64,000 bases of DNA from Vicugna vicugna (taxonomy: Eukaryota). Of the stretch, positions 27,481 through 42,749 are shown one piece after another. A program made the translations under genes and the position numbers. Below the pieces are notes generated by a model. That model did no database searches and was not told the origin of the DNA. It saw nothing but the letters and a program-made list of their open reading frames with translations. Every line of letters begins with the position of its first letter. Position 1 is the stretch's first letter. The stretch is from NCBI GenBank assembly GCA_013265495.1, contig MU058645.1:310001-374000 (forward strand). Reading direction: 5' to 3'.

Positions 27481-29865
27481 GACAATCGACAGTAAAACCT
27501 TTTTTTAAAACAACATTTGCTGTAGATTAGACTGTTTTGCTCTTTTCTGGGATTTTAGCCTAAGATTTCAACTCAAAATCAATTCATATATTTCTCAGAA
27601 AACAATCCAAGTTCCCATATCTTGATCTAATAATCCTATAATAAAAATGAATCACGCTTGTGGCTCTTCTATAAAAATGTGCATGGTTTCTCACACCTAG
27701 AATAATATTCTCTGCTTATTAAGGTCACAGTAATAGGAAAAGGAAGTAGAGGAGGCTTTCTGAAATTCATCCACTCCCCTGAGAGCAAGCATCTTACCCA
27801 CACGAGCAAGCTCTCTCTCCGTATCTTCACCAGCAAGTGGAAGTTTGTTCTCTGCCTCAGAGACATAAAAATACGCTCTCCTTCTTGAATCCTCTAATTT
27901 TGTCCCTAGAATTTTCAAGAATTTAATGCCCAGCAGTCTTGTATTTTGTATTTTGTCCTTGAGCCAAGTGACCAGTTAAGTTGGCATCACGCCACTAAAA
28001 TTTGCATGTGATTTCAAATTTTCAATCTTCTTAACGAGCGGTTGAAAAGTTACAAGGGATCATGGTTGTTATCGCAAAAGCTATTCTGTGACACATCCAA
28101 TATTTTTATCTAGCTTGACCCAGGGGAAAAAACACAACAACAACAGGAAAACCATTTAGAAAAATTAGAGTCAGACAAATATTTTAAATATTACCTGCTA
28201 GTTTGATTAGAGATGTCAATAACAGGAAAATAAAGCAGGAATCACAAATTGATGAAATATGACAAAATATAACTTAAAAGCTGTATTCCCACTTGATTTC
28301 TCACCTTGTGAAAATTAAGTGAACAACCAATGCCTTAAAAGCAAAAACAAAAACAAAAACAAAAACAAAAACAAAATGGGGTCCAAAAGGAAAATATTCT
28401 TTAAATAATGTATGGGAAACTTTCATTAAAGAATGTATTTATGGAAATGGGAGTCTTTTTTGCCCCCATTCTCTAGCTTAAAACAAAACTGGAAAGAGGG
28501 CAGACACCTTAAAAAGTTTTAAAAACAAAAAACTACTATTAGAAGAAGGGATTTGGCGTCATCAACAGAGGAAGAGACTAAGGACTATCTAGGCTCTCCC
28601 AGGTTCCATCCCCTGAGATAAGCACAAAATAGTTTTAGATTTAGTCATATGAATGACTTGGAAATTCTCTGCCTCCTTTTCTCATGTGAATTTCTGTAAT
28701 AAATTAATCTTTGTTACAGGTCTTTAAATTTCAAGGAATAAGCTGTTGCAGCACGTACTAGAGAAAATGTGACTATGGTCATCTTTGAGAGTTTAGGGGG
28801 AAAGAGCCCTAGAGACAGGAAAAAATAGACGACCTCAGTGTCCAAGTGCACAGGGGAGCAGAGCGCATGATGGATGTGGCTCTACTGTGTGTCACTCTGA
28901 GAAAGAAGAGGTTCTTCACCTGACACATTTCAGGGGGAACCCCTGTGACAAATTCTAATAGGAAGGGTTCCTGGGGAGCACTGCACAAAGCCTCTAAACA
29001 TTTTAGGTGGGAACAAAATGTCGTGGACAGTATCTTTTTTGGAAAAATGGAGCAGTGGAAGGGAATTGTGCACAGGAGATGTATGAGAATTGTCCTAAGA
29101 GGAATTACTGAAAACTTGCTAGCACAGAAGAGTCCCTTGTAGGCGGCTTTGTGGTCTGGAGGAACGATGTATCTTACCACCTAATGGTACGTGATGTAGT
29201 TTAAGAATCACAGGCCTCCAATTCCAGAGTTGGGCAGTGTTTTCTCAGAATAAAAGGAAAACAAAACAGGTGTTAAATGAAAAATGATGCATACCAATGA
29301 GAGAATAGGGTCGTGCATTTAAAGGTTAAAAATTTTTTAACTGCTATTTTTTTTCCATTCTGGTTGCAAAGTAAGCAAACAAACAACAAAAATAAACAAA
29401 CAAGCAAAAACCAAAAATAAAAAATAAAGCCCCACAGAACAGACTTAGTGTGCTTTGGGGTTGGTTGTTTGTTTGTTGTTTGTTTGTTTGTTTATGGTAA
29501 GTGACGTACAGTTAACAACTGGGAGGCTTACCGGAAGTTTCTTATTAAATTTTTAAACAATTGAGCAATTTGAACTATTCACCTTTCCAAACTATGGAAT
29601 TATTGGAATTATTTTCACTCATTTAGAATGTTTATGTAGAAACTTCCTTTGGAATAAAAGACAATTGATCTTTATAGAAGTCTCTTAAACTCATAATTCT
29701 CTCCAGAAATATACCAAAAGAGCATGTAAATTTATTTCCAAACGACAGATAGGAACCAATTTGAAAAAAATTTACCGATAGGGTGCTAAGTTTTATTAAA
29801 AGGAAGAGAATGAGTGACTCTTTCAAAAAGTCTGAATTATATTTGTACCTTCTAATCTACTAAAT

Positions 29866-30079
29866 CAGGAGTTTGCAAACTATGGCCTGTGGGCCAAATC
29901 TGGCCATTGGTCTGGTTTTAAATAAAGTTTTATTGGAACACAGCCATGCCCACTTACACATAGATCGGCTGCTTTTGCCCCGCAATGGCAGAATTCTGTA
30001 ACTATGACAGTGGCATATAGCCTTCAAAGCTAAAAGTATTTCCAGATGGCTCTTTACAGAAAAAATTTGCTGTCCTCTG
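29866..30079 (+). mobile_element. MER58A-like hAT MITE with a near-intact 8-bp TSD
   Basis: caggagtttgcaaactatggcctgtgggccaaatc...aaaatttgctgtcctctg. Flanks are TACTAAAT and TATTAAAT. Confidence 0.85.
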
Positions 30080-31984
30080 TATTAAATGGAAAGGTTTTTG
30101 GCCAGATTAGATTTGAAAGGTATGACATTTCTGATTTTTCTTTTCACTCTGTGATTCCATCATTAAACTGCAGTGCGGATTAATTTTGAGTGAAGTTCTC
30201 TGACAGCGCATGATATATATATTTATGTACCCCCGAGAACTTCCTTATGAGGGAGATATTTTTAATCCTCATTGTATTTAAGATAAAATAGACTCAGATA
30301 ATTTAGGAAGATTTTCCTGCCATGCAGCTAATAGCAGGAATATTTTCCAAATATTTTCTGGTATTTTCAGTGAATCAGTACTCAGTTCACAGAAGAAGAA
30401 TTGGCTATCAAAGGTCAAATTCTTCCCACCCTGCTTTGTTTGCTTTTTGTTTATTTTGTCTTGTTCTCTTTATTCTCTAGAGCTTTGCTGTGAACACTGA
30501 GCATCCATTTTGACTGTTGCACCTATTTTTAGATAACCCTGAGGGAAGGGATGGGAGGCAGGGAGCTCCAGGTCAGCCCAGGAATTCTGGGACTGAGGGG
30601 CCCTGTGAGCTCTTCCTCAGGGAAGGGTCCTGGACACACGGCAAGCCCCAGAGCAGAAATGGTCTTGCTGTCACAAGGCAGCAGTATCGCTGGCATCAGA
30701 CCCTGGTCTGAGACCATCTGTCTGTTTAAGCAGCAGGGCTTTTAGGACTCCTGATTTTGAACCACTACAGGTGTGTGGTCTCCTTCTCACCCTGTTCCCT
30801 CCCTTCCAGCGTCAGCATCACCCAGCCCTACCTCCCCACACACCCACTTGACCTGACTTGCTCCTGAAGACAGCCGTGTCTGTAACCCTGGCTTAGTGAA
30901 CAGGTTTGAAAGAGCCTCAGAGGATTCCCAGGGTCCCAGCTCACCTGGGGGATCAACAAATGATTGCATGAAGTCCCAAGAGAAGGGACTGAGTGGAGAT
31001 TATGCTTCTGCCACCAGGCCGAATGCACACGAGAAATAAAATCAAGTTTAGGTCTGTAATGCTGGAACACCTTACTATACCTTAGCCACACAGTCTGGGG
31101 AGGTGTGAACTGTGAATAAGAAAGTTACTAGTAAGTAATTGCAGAGCAGATGTTGAAGGTCTATTTTTAAATACATGGCTGATTGAAATAGGACTGAAAT
31201 ACAGGGCAATTTCTGTGCTCAGACTCACTAGAGGGGGGCCAGGGTGAATGTGGTCTAATCACCACAGGGTTGTTTTATCCAATTAAAAATTAATTCTTGA
31301 GAACCAGATGCTGCTGAGGACACAGACCGCCAGCAGCAGCCAAGGTCCCTGAGTGAACCGAGATTGGAAACAGGCCCCAGCAGCCCGTGGAAGGGAGCCC
31401 ACGTGAGGACAGCTGTCCCAGCTTCTGACCCTCGGCTGACACCACAGGATCCTTGTCTGTCTTCTTCATTATCCCCAGTGCCTGGCACATCTCCACTTGG
31501 ACACTAGGTAGATTTCCAGCATGCATCTGATTTGGACAGAAAGAATAGTCAAACATGAGAAAAAATAGAACACTTAGTATATTAAAATGTGATGGTATTA
31601 ACCCAAAATTTGGGGGTAGAGTGGGGATAACAAAGTTCTATTTAAACCTTAGAAGAAACAGTTTAATCAAATTGACCTTCTTATGAAACCTACCATGATT
31701 GCCCCCTTATTTGAAATTGCAGTCCCTCTCTTTCTTCCTGTCATTACCCGAATCAACTTTTTTTTTTTAAATTCATATCTTCCTTTTGTATTTTCTTTTT
31801 GTCATGTCTATCTTTGCTAAAATGTTAAGTCCACTTTGAGAGTGTATCAGCCAGGAAAGGCTGTGGAATGAGTAGCACAAACATCTCAGCATCTTTCAAC
31901 TCATCTTTCTCTTCCTGCAAGAAAATCAAATAAGGAGACTTTGCTCAGTAATGTCAACTAGAGACGTAAACTAATGGAGACTTC

Positions 31985-32290
31985 ATTTTTTTAAATTTTT
32001 TAATTGATGTACAGTCAGTTACAATATGTCAATCTCTGGTGAACAGCACAATGTCCCAGTCATGCATTATATACATATATTCGTTTTCATATTCTTTTTC
32101 ATTAAAGGTATTACAAGATATTGAATATAGTTCCCAGTGCTATACAGAAGAAACTTTTTAAAATCTATTTTTATATATAGTGGCTAACATTTGTAAATCT
32201 CAGATTGCCAAAATTATCCCTTCCCACCCCACTTCCCTGGTGACCATAAAATTGTTTCCTATGTCTGCAGGCCTGTTTCTGTTTTGTACA
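31985..32290 (-). mobile_element. Camelid-type L1 3' end
   Basis: ttgatgtacagtcag...catacatatattcgttttcatattctttttcattaaagg...gtgctatacagaagaaa-like motif. Confidence 0.7.
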
Positions 32291-35200
32291 ACTGCGACCT
32301 CAGACGCCAGGGAGGGGAGATGGTGGTGAACCACAAGGAGTGGAGTGGGATGTGCGGTCTGCTCGCAGGGAAGAGCAATAAACACTTGTGAACAGAAGAA
32401 CAATCTCCCAGAGCAGGAACTGCCGTCTTTTGCGCTCTGACTTATCCTAAGCGCACGCAACAGTAGCTTCCATGAGACGGGTGTTCAATAACTATTTGTT
32501 TCCAATTTATTTCTAAATTTCCCACTTCTACAGCTGTCTGTGCCAAAGCAAAGAGCTTTCTCTGCATTTTGGGAGCAGCATGTGTGCACGCTGTTGTTCC
32601 CCTGTGACAAAGCTGCCATAAGAAACATTATTATGTGAAAAGATGCATGGTGTGGTCTAATACACATTCCCTAGGTGAGGAGATAATGAAATCACTTCCC
32701 TCTTAAGGTTTAAAATATTATGATACTCATTCCCATCTTACAGATGAACTGGAAGTCCAGTTTTTATCCTGGATCTTCCATTCCCAAATCCCAAAAATTA
32801 TTCGTGAATTCATTTTTGAGCACCAGCCTGTCAACCAACAAAGCAGGAGTTGGGTGGCTGAGCTCAGCGAACCATGTGACCAGCCTCCTCTACCGTTTCT
32901 CCTACCACGTGACACTGACTGTGAACCCTGAGGTCATGGCAGCCGTGCTGAAGTCGGGTGTCTTCCTCAGAGACGGGGTCTGGCCAGCTGCTGGCTCTTG
33001 CTGACAGTATGTCCTGCTCTTTTCCTGGTCACCCCTGCAGAATGCTGCCGGCTGGCCCAGACTCAGAGTGAGAGCATTTTCCTCTCAAGTCCATGCTCAG
33101 TTAGGAATATCTTACAGCAAAACAGCACAGGAATCAGGTCTGACAGATTTTGGTGCTGCACAGGGTGCTTTCGGACACTTGCACATGGCATTTTCTCCCA
33201 GACACACCCAAACACAGCATAGAGAGACCCAACAGAGTCAGCGTCCAGCACCAATAAGGCAATAAGGCAACAAAGTGCAAAGGACTAGTTCCCTCTCCCT
33301 GGCCCATTCCTGGTCTCCTCTTTCCCTTAGAGCCTCCCTCCTCTCAGCTCTCTGGCTCTCCTTCCCTGTTGCATGGCCACATTGGAGCTACTGGCCCTTC
33401 AGTACATCGCAGTATCTTTCAATCACAAGGAGACTCACTCTGTGTGAGGCTCACTCTGCTCCCAGAGCCTTACTCTCAGGCAAATATGCATGTGAAAGGC
33501 AAGGGAAATGCTGGGTTGGAGGGCCTTTTGCCACGCGCACTCATTGTTCATAAACCTCAGGTCCCTGACAAGTTTAAAATAACCTTGAATCTCCACAGCT
33601 AAAGAAATACTCAATTCCATCTTTCCAAAACAAGAGTCCTCTTCCTCATGGTAAAATGCCAATCCATGACCAAGAAGGCACAAGCTGCTTAAAAGTTTTT
33701 AACTGGCAATTTTCTAGCTTCAAAAATCTGAAAGGCCAGTCTCTACTGACACTCTGTACATTTTTAATATATTTTCGCCTCCTGGGACCACTTATGACAA
33801 GTCTTGCCAACAGTTTCTATCTGATGGAGAATGTAGAAGATGACTTAAGAAGATCTATATATTGGAATAAAATAAAACCAGATAATGATTCGAGATACCT
33901 GTTTCTGACTTCAGGAAATACACTTTCCTGCTAGGGTCAGTGTTTCCTCTTCTATTGAAGGAAAGAAGGAAATCCGAGTGTCTCTGAGTTTCCATCTGTC
34001 TGCCATCCTGTCGTTCCACTGTTCATAAATCTATGCAGAGGTGGAGGCTTGAAAAGCACACAAACGTGCTGCTCTTCTTTACAGCTATTTGTTCTTGACC
34101 TAAGCCTTCTTAGAACGTGGCACTTCAGTTGAAGAAGATGGGTCTTGTCTTCCACAAAGCAACTGCACCATCGCAAAGAAGAGAATGAAAACACTGATGC
34201 TGATACTAGAATGGGAAGAGCATTTTCATGTCCTAGAGGAAGATGTTCCAATATTGGTAGCTTGAAAGGAGTGAAAAGAGTTCTTAGATGTGCAATGCAT
34301 AAGGCACTCTTACATTACAGCAGGAGCTCATCTTTCAGTCCATCTGATTTCCAAGGAGATGTGGGCGTCAGTTGTAGCGACTTCAACTGAATTCTAAATG
34401 GAGAAGACTAAGTTAATTAACTACAGCCTTTGAAACTGTCTGAAAACTATCATTTTCTTGCAACTGTTCCTTGCCAAAAAATACAGAAAAAAATAGATAT
34501 TGAAGCTATGATAAAGTGTATTCTGTTTGAATTTTTTCATTAGTGAGTGGATTTCTTCTGAGAAGGGGGGAAATGTGATCCATTGTTTCTCTCCCTTTTA
34601 CTCTGAGCGAGAGGCTTTATCATTTTAAAGACTGGATTTAACATTTAGTTCTCAGTGTATTTAAATTATTGTGAGATTGGAAATACTTTATTGTATTTTA
34701 ATTTCTTAGGATAGAATAATTTATATACACTTGTAGAAACTACAGCTTTGATCTGTTTCTCATAAGTATTTAAATATAGCACAATGGACATACAGAGCTC
34801 CCCAAAATTTACACAGCAAAATTTGTTACTTAGGTAATATAATAAGCAGTATCATAGGGTCTACCACACAGTGTAACATCCTTAAATTCTTCTAATAACC
34901 AAAAGGACTAAACTAAAATCATTTTAAGTATTTTTTGAGTTTAAATTGTTCTCAACATTTTAAAAATATGCCTTTTATTTTGTTTCCTACATTTAATTAA
35001 ACAGAAGGTTTGCAAATCACACTTCTGACATAAGACTTGTATCTAAAATATATGAGGAACACTCAAACTCAACAACAGAAAAACAGAGAACCCAATTAAA
35101 AAGCTAAATAGATACTTCACCAAAGAAGGTATATTAATGATAATTAATCATAAAAAAGATATTCCACAACATTAGCACTAAGGAAATGCAAATTAAATTT

Positions 35201-37289
35201 AAAATATCACTAAACATCCATTAGAATATTTGCTATTAAAAAAAAAACAACCCACTAGTACCAAACACTGGAGAAGACGCAGAACAACTGGAACTTGACT
35301 TTGTGGCTGATGGTGCATGAGGCATCACTGTGCAACTTTTGCAAATGTTTGTGCACCTAAGTGCAATTCAATATAAAGGCTTCAAACGACAGCATCTCTA
35401 ACGTAGGAAGAGAGGTCAGGAGCTCGAGGGTCTGACGTGTTTTCTGTGCTGCGTCTTACATGCAAACTCTCACGTAGGGTTGGGGGATTCATCATATTGC
35501 AGAAGAACAGCTTATAAGTAGTCATGTTTTATACACTTGCCATTAAAATAGAGCTCACGTTATGAGAGCCAAATGTGTGTCTCTTTTGGTAATACCAGTT
35601 TACCTATTTCTTTAACTTTATGAGCTGGGTCTTTTTATAGAATAGCTGTTTCACTAATAATACAACTTCACATGATTTGTCAAATATTATAGCATTTTTA
35701 CAAGTCATCACGACCCAAATGAGATATGTTCTGAGACCTTTATGTTTAGTTAAAATTTCATATAATGTTTGAATTGACTAAACTGCTGTAATTTATATAT
35801 TTTACAAATATTTACCATCTTAAAACAAGAAATTTCTAGAAATAGAATGCTTCCCTGCAAATACTTAAAAAATTATATTCATTTCCACAGTTATTTCCTC
35901 TACAAACGTCCATTGTTTGAAGATAGCTTAATTAAATCATCCTTATTATTTCTTATATCAGCACACCCCTCCCTACAAAATAAAAGGAAATACAATCTTT
36001 GAAAGTGTAACAAATAATTAGCTTTATAACATAAACACTTCCAAGATATTTCCTACTATGCAGTGCTATCTCTCCTTTTAAAACACGTTTATAAGCACGT
36101 GTAAGATAAAGGAAAGGACTTGCCATAACAAAAGTTAAAATAAAAAGCTGAAAAATTGCTTAATTCCTGACAATTTAAGTAATGTTGTTGGATCTTCATG
36201 TATTATTTAAAAGTACCAGTGAGTGCATTTATGAATTATGTTTCTAACCGAATGTTAATGGAATAAAATGAAGAAGACAGTAATTAAAGAATTAAGTGTT
36301 GACCAATAATCTTTAGCTGGCATCAAATTAAGCATGAATACTTAAGAAGTTATTGCCACAGCAACCGAATAGCATTCGGGGAAGATCCTCACCTTCTTTT
36401 ACAAAGATGGGACAAAATACAGATTGCCCCAGCAAGTTGCTATGTTTCTTAACAGCAAGAAATGGCCAATCCAATGGCAAATATATTTTAAAAATTTGTT
36501 CTTCTGTTAGTTATTATAAATTGCATCATAAAACTCCACGCAGTGTTTGCAAATCACATGAGAAACCATTTATGTTTCCTTTGACTCTAACATCAGTTCA
36601 CTCAATTTCGTCACTTTTAAAGTTGTGCAGAAACTTATTTTCTTTAGTTTTCAAGTATTTATTTCTAGCATGGAAATGTCATTTGTTTTTGTGGGGTCCT
36701 TCTGAAATAAGCATTTTTATTCTATTTTTAACATATTGTACTAGCAATGAAAATCACCAGGGGATCTGAACCCAGGACTTTTCAGAATCAGTGAAGCGGT
36801 GTAGGTGGAACACAGTACATTATGTCTCTTTATACTTACTTTGAGCTTTGTTTTCATGAGAAATTGTGGCATTCGTCCAAGATACACATGCTACTGAACA
36901 CCAGGGTTTAATTCAGGATAACAATTATAAGACACAATAGTAAAAAATCGATGTGTGGGGGTAACTGGAATTTAAAATTTAAATCAAAAGAAAGAAGCAA
37001 GAATAGTAAAGAAGTCAAGAGAACAGATTTAAAAGCTAATAATCGTAAGCATGGAATGAACAAAACTAAGGAGGTTTGAAAGAGTTGATAACATCAAACT
37101 CAAAAGGCATTTAACTCAAGGTGTGTCTGACAGAAGATTCTTATGCCAGATTTATTTTGAAGAGGCTAAAGATGTGGAACTGTGTCAAAGCCATTACTTT
37201 TAATGTGAGGCAATTTCCCTGGAATAGTTGCCATTTTGGTATTATTGTACTTATACACTATAAAGGTGATATTGCATGGTTTCACTTTT

Positions 37290-40200
37290 CCTTAGGATGT
37301 AGGAAACTGCAGTAAAACATCATTCTCACCCTAACAATGCATAGCAGCCAGATAAACTATAAAAGTACAATGTTTCTTAGCCCATCAGAAAGCTAAAGTT
37401 GCAAAGCAATCAAGTAAACTGAATTCAAATATGTGACAAGCTCCTTAGAGGACAGAAGGGGCCTATATAAATTGCTTTATCTTTAGTGAAGCATGAGAGG
37501 AAGAGGTAGCAACCATAATATTGGGCAAGAACAATTATTCAACGTTAACACATTTCTAAAGGCAGAGCATGTGCCTGCGTGACAGTGTAGCATCTCTGGG
37601 AATCCCAGACATAAAGGGAGGCACCCACCACTTGCCAGCTCTTTTCTGTAGCTACCACTGGGTGCTTATGAGGAGTTTGGAGACCAGAGAGACTCACCCT
37701 TCATTGCATATGCATACAGATGGTGACCAGCCGCTGCTGAGAGACAGGACAAAACCATACACGCGAACCATTGTCTGTAGGAGGCAAATACCATCTATTG
37801 TTGGGAAAAGCTAGGAAATGCTCCTACCTCATAGTCTCCAAAAGAGGTGGAAACCTGCATATCTCTGCCCTGAAAGTACCAAAGCAAAATTTATCTGCTA
37901 CTAAGGGACGTAAAGGACACCCACTCATGCACATAATCTTTCAAGGACACAGAAAAGAGTCTGGCTGAGACTGAAGAGGTGCAAAAAGCTAATTTGTGCT
38001 CAAAACCTCAGCAAACTCAAAGCATAGTTTTGTAACCTTGTGGAAGAAGGAATGGAATCGTGGGAAGTCCTTACTTCTGAAGCTCAGGTGCAGAAGGATG
38101 CACCGGATAATGGACAGAAGCATGCCCCCCTCCTCCAGACACACACACACACACACACACACACAAGCAGACAAAGAAACAAACCAAAATCCTTCCTTCC
38201 ACGTTGAACCTTTACATTGAGTAATAAGCACCAGTGGTCTACTGGGGGAAAATGTTCATGAGCTGATGAAGACCTTTAGCGCTGAGAGAGAGAAGCTATT
38301 AAAAAGTGTCAGATGGATGTGCTAGAAAAAGAAATTATGTCAGATGAAAAGAATTTCCTTGACAGGCATGACAAAAAATAAAATAGGACACAGCAGAGGA
38401 AAGACTGATGAAGCTGAAGACTGGTCAATAGAAATTTTCCAACAAACAAAGAAGAAATAAAAAAAAAATCTAAAAATCTCTGTCCAAAGGTCTAATATGT
38501 ATTTTATTGGAATTTCAAAAAGAGAAGAGGAGGAGAATGAGAGAAGAAATATTTGAAGACAGAAAGGCCAAGAAATTTACAGAATTAATGAAAAGGGAAA
38601 ATATCACAGAACTAAAAATATCAAGAACTTCGAAGAGAATTTAAAAATCATCAATCTTATCAAAGTCAAACTATTAGAAATCAAAGATGAAAAGTTTTGA
38701 AGACGTTAGAGATAAAAGAATAAAAAAGAAGATACAGAGAAAGTTGAGAATAATAGCAGGCCTGTCATCAGAAAGTATGCAAATCAGACAACAGAGCCAC
38801 ACATTGAAAGTTCTGAATGAAAAGCTTAAAAACCTACAATCTTTCACCATATTGTATGAAAATATCTTTCAGAAGTGAAGGTAGAGTCTTTCTCAGAAAA
38901 TCAAAACTTGAGTGATATCATTGCCAGCAGATCTAAACCAATAGAAAATTATAATATAGTTCTTCAGAAAGAGTATGATACCAGCTAGAAATGTGGAAAA
39001 ACAGAAAGAAATTAAAAGCAGCAGAAATAGTAAGCATGTGGGTAAACATACTTTTATTCATAATCTCTTCAAAAGAGAATGAATATCTAAAAGATTAATA
39101 GCAGCAAGATTTTCTGTGTTTACAATATGTCAAATTAAATGTATGACAAAAAACAAGATTAAAGAGATGTAAGAAGAAATGCATATATTTGAGTTTCTTA
39201 CAGTCTATGTGAGGAGGTGTATGTGTTTGTAGACTGTGTAAGTTAAAGATGTATATTGTAAACCATGGCTATCAACAAATGAAAAATAATAATGAAACAA
39301 ATGGTATATGAGTAAACCAATAATTGAAATAAAAATAAATGATAAAAATGCATTCAATTAATTATTAAATTGAAAAATCTTAAAAGTAGAAAAAAAAGTA
39401 AGAAAGAGAGAGATAAGGAAAGAAATAAGACACGAAAGAGCAACAATTACTCTAAAAGCAGATTTCTCAACAGCAGAGTAGAAGGTAGAAGACAATGACA
39501 TAACAGATTCAAATTATGAAAGAAAATCACTATAACATAAAATAGTATACAGAGCTAAATACTCATTCAAAAAAAAAAGACATTTTTGGATTAAAAATTG
39601 AAATGTTTCACCACTAACAGATGGGCATAAAAGGAACAGTTAAGAGAGACAGTTTAGAAAGAAGGGAAATGATATTAGAATGAAGGTCTGAGATGGGAGA
39701 AAAAAAATGCTAGGAAAAAATAGAAAATAATTGACTATAGCAAGCATAATAATGTCTGAATTTTAGAATTAAAAACATGTTGTCCTGGAATATTAGAAAA
39801 CAATGTTTAAGCAAGATAAATGAAATTGGAGTTACAGCATTCTGAGGTCCTCAGATGGCTTAGGAGGAGAAAGATACAATGGTTAATGTTAGAACTTCAG
39901 TGTGTGTGATAGAAGGTTAAGAAGACACACTGAAGAAATGAGATTACTAATATAGTTTCCAGAAGAAAAGAAAAAATGGAATTAAAAAAGACAGAATGAA
40001 AATAAGATAAAAAATCTAGAAGGAACATAAGAGAAAACAAGACAAAAGCAAAGCATAAAACATATGATTGAGGTTATTTTTAAATATTAGTAAATATAAT
40101 GGAAAAGGAACAAAACACACTTTTCAATGCATATAGTGAAGAAGGAAGAGGAAAATAAAGTACATGAAATAAAGAACAAACTCAAATATTGGGAAAAGGA

Positions 40201-41830
40201 CAGAAAAAATAATCCAAAGACATTTGAATTAAGGGAAAAAAGCAAAAATAGAAGAGAGAATCAAAAAAGCCAGAAGTTCATTGTAGGTAAAGATTAGTTA
40301 ACACCTAATATTTGTCAAGATAGATTTTTCAAAAAATAGAAGGAAAGAAAATACAAAAATTTAAGATGATACAATTACAGACAATATGAACTTTTTTAAG
40401 AGCAAGTAATATCAAAAATAATGATAATAATTTGAAATTGATAACTACAGATGTATTTCTGAAAAATATAACAAAATATATATAAGAAGAATAACACGAA
40501 CTAAAACTATAATCACTTAAGAAATTAAATTGTTATCCAAAATCTCACTCATTGAAAGTACAAACACTAAATCTTGTAGGAAAGTTTCACTAAAATTTCA
40601 TGGAAAACATTTTCAACATTATAAAAATTTCTTGAGAATAGGGGAAAAATATATTTCCTAAGTAATTTAAAGACTCTTGAATAGTTTTAGTACTATTTGT
40701 TAAAGGCAGTTAAAACCAACATTACAGGCAAATTTCATTTTTATGTATGTATAAAAACCTAAGAAAATATCGGCTGAAAGATCCAATAAAGTACTAAAAA
40801 TTACATACATTGTGACCAAGTTGAATTTATTCCAGGAATGTAAGCTGTCTTAGTACTTTAAATTATTCTAACTTATTTCCTCACTTACAAGATTAAAGAG
40901 GAAAGAAATCACTTGATAATCTGAATGAATTTTGAAAAATTAATTGATAAAAAGTCATTCATTCATTCATTACAAAATCTCTTAAATAACTAGTGATTTC
41001 TTTTTAACCAAGTAAACCAAACATGTGGTAGTGTATTATTTACTTTATGGTTAAGTTATAGAAAAATTGCTTTTTTCAAAAAAATCAGAAACAAGATCAA
41101 GATTCCTGCTGTTACCTCTTAAGATTAACAATAATTTGGATGTATTAACAACTTCTGAGGAACCAAAAAGTGGAATGAAAATTACAGAAAATGAGAAGGA
41201 GAAACAAATTTGCCATTATGTGTAGATGGTATGTTTGCTTTTTGTTCACACAAAAAGCCCAAGATCTTCTGAACTTTTCTTTTTAGATTTAATGGAGGAA
41301 TTTAACACGATCTCTGAATATGAGCTTAATATAAAGGCAATTTTATATTGTTGTTATAAATAAAATTGTATATATTTTTTATTTTTCAATAATTGTAATT
41401 AAAAAATGACTACTGTTCATAGTAACAATCAAAATATTTAGAACTTAGGAATAAGTCTAAAAAAGGCATACATTTCCTTTAAAAATTAATACAAAACTTA
41501 ATTAAGAACAAAGAAGTCATCAATAATTAGATGTGACTTGTCATTTATACAACAATCGTAATAGCATAAAGATGTCAGTTTTCTACAAATTAGAGATTCA
41601 ATCCAATTCCAAAAATAAGCCCAAAGGATTTCCATAAAATTTATTATCTCGCACTAATAATATAATTCAACTACAAAAAGAGCTGAAATTTTGCAGAAGA
41701 AGACCGATGATTTAAATGTTAAACATCTAGGTTTAATATAAAACTATAGCCAGCATAACAATATTCTGTCAGCACAGGCATAGACAAGCAGATCAACGGG
41801 ATAAAATTAAAAGCCTAGAAATGTGGTACT
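37290..41830 (+). mobile_element. Old L1 (5' region, ORF1 and ORF2 remnants)
   Basis: Very A-rich sequence with decayed L1 ORF1/ORF2 motifs (ttccaggaatg, aaagatgtcagttttc, ggcatagaca). Confidence 0.65.
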
Positions 41831-42749
41831 AGTTCACCCAGAACAAGGAGAAAGATTCAATTCTGAAAAATTACATCAGTGTTTTGAACTGTATTGGTAA
41901 TAATGTTTTGTTATTTAATTTGCATAGTGATTATATCAATTTTATCCTACTGTATTTTGTAAATTATTGTATATTTTAATTGTGTGATAATAAATTACAA
42001 ACACAAAACACAATTATTTAACTATAGCCCCCTCATATTTTAGAGAAATTTTGTCAAAGGCAAGGCATACTAATCGTTTCCAGAAGGCACACATTTCTGG
42101 TAGTATGGAAATCTAGACCACCAGCTTGTCAAAAGTTTTATTTAATCTCTAAGACAGTTAAATATTCATATTTGCCACTTTTACTTTATGATCATAAAAT
42201 TGCCGTACAGAAATTCAGGCAATTTTATTTTTATTATGCAAAATTGGGTAAAACGTTTTAAATGAACTACAAAGCAATTAAAGTTCCATAAAAAAAGAAA
42301 GTTGAAAGATTATTTCTCAGTGGTTCACAACATTTGTTCCTGGACTCCTCAGAATCCCTCCATGTTATTGTAATTGGTGTCTTAAATAGATTCTCAATCT
42401 TTTAAAGAGCCAACAAGAGAATGCAAATTTATCTGCACTAAGATTGCTCAGACTAATTAAAATTCCTTCTTTCTTTGTTTTTTTCTATTACTATATCAAT
42501 TCTGAGACTAACTCATGATTTTCATGCTAATTAGCAACTTTAATTGGAAATTTTATAAATGTCTTTTTGACAATGAACCATTATTTCATAAATGTAGTCT
42601 GTTTAGTAATCAGCATATTTTATATCATAAGGTCAAGGAGAGAATATTGATTAAAAGTTTGCTTGATGATATCAATTCTGAGAATCACTGAACCATCAAT
42701 CACCATATACAACTCTTAATTCAGTAACTAGCAAGACCATTAGGAAAAT

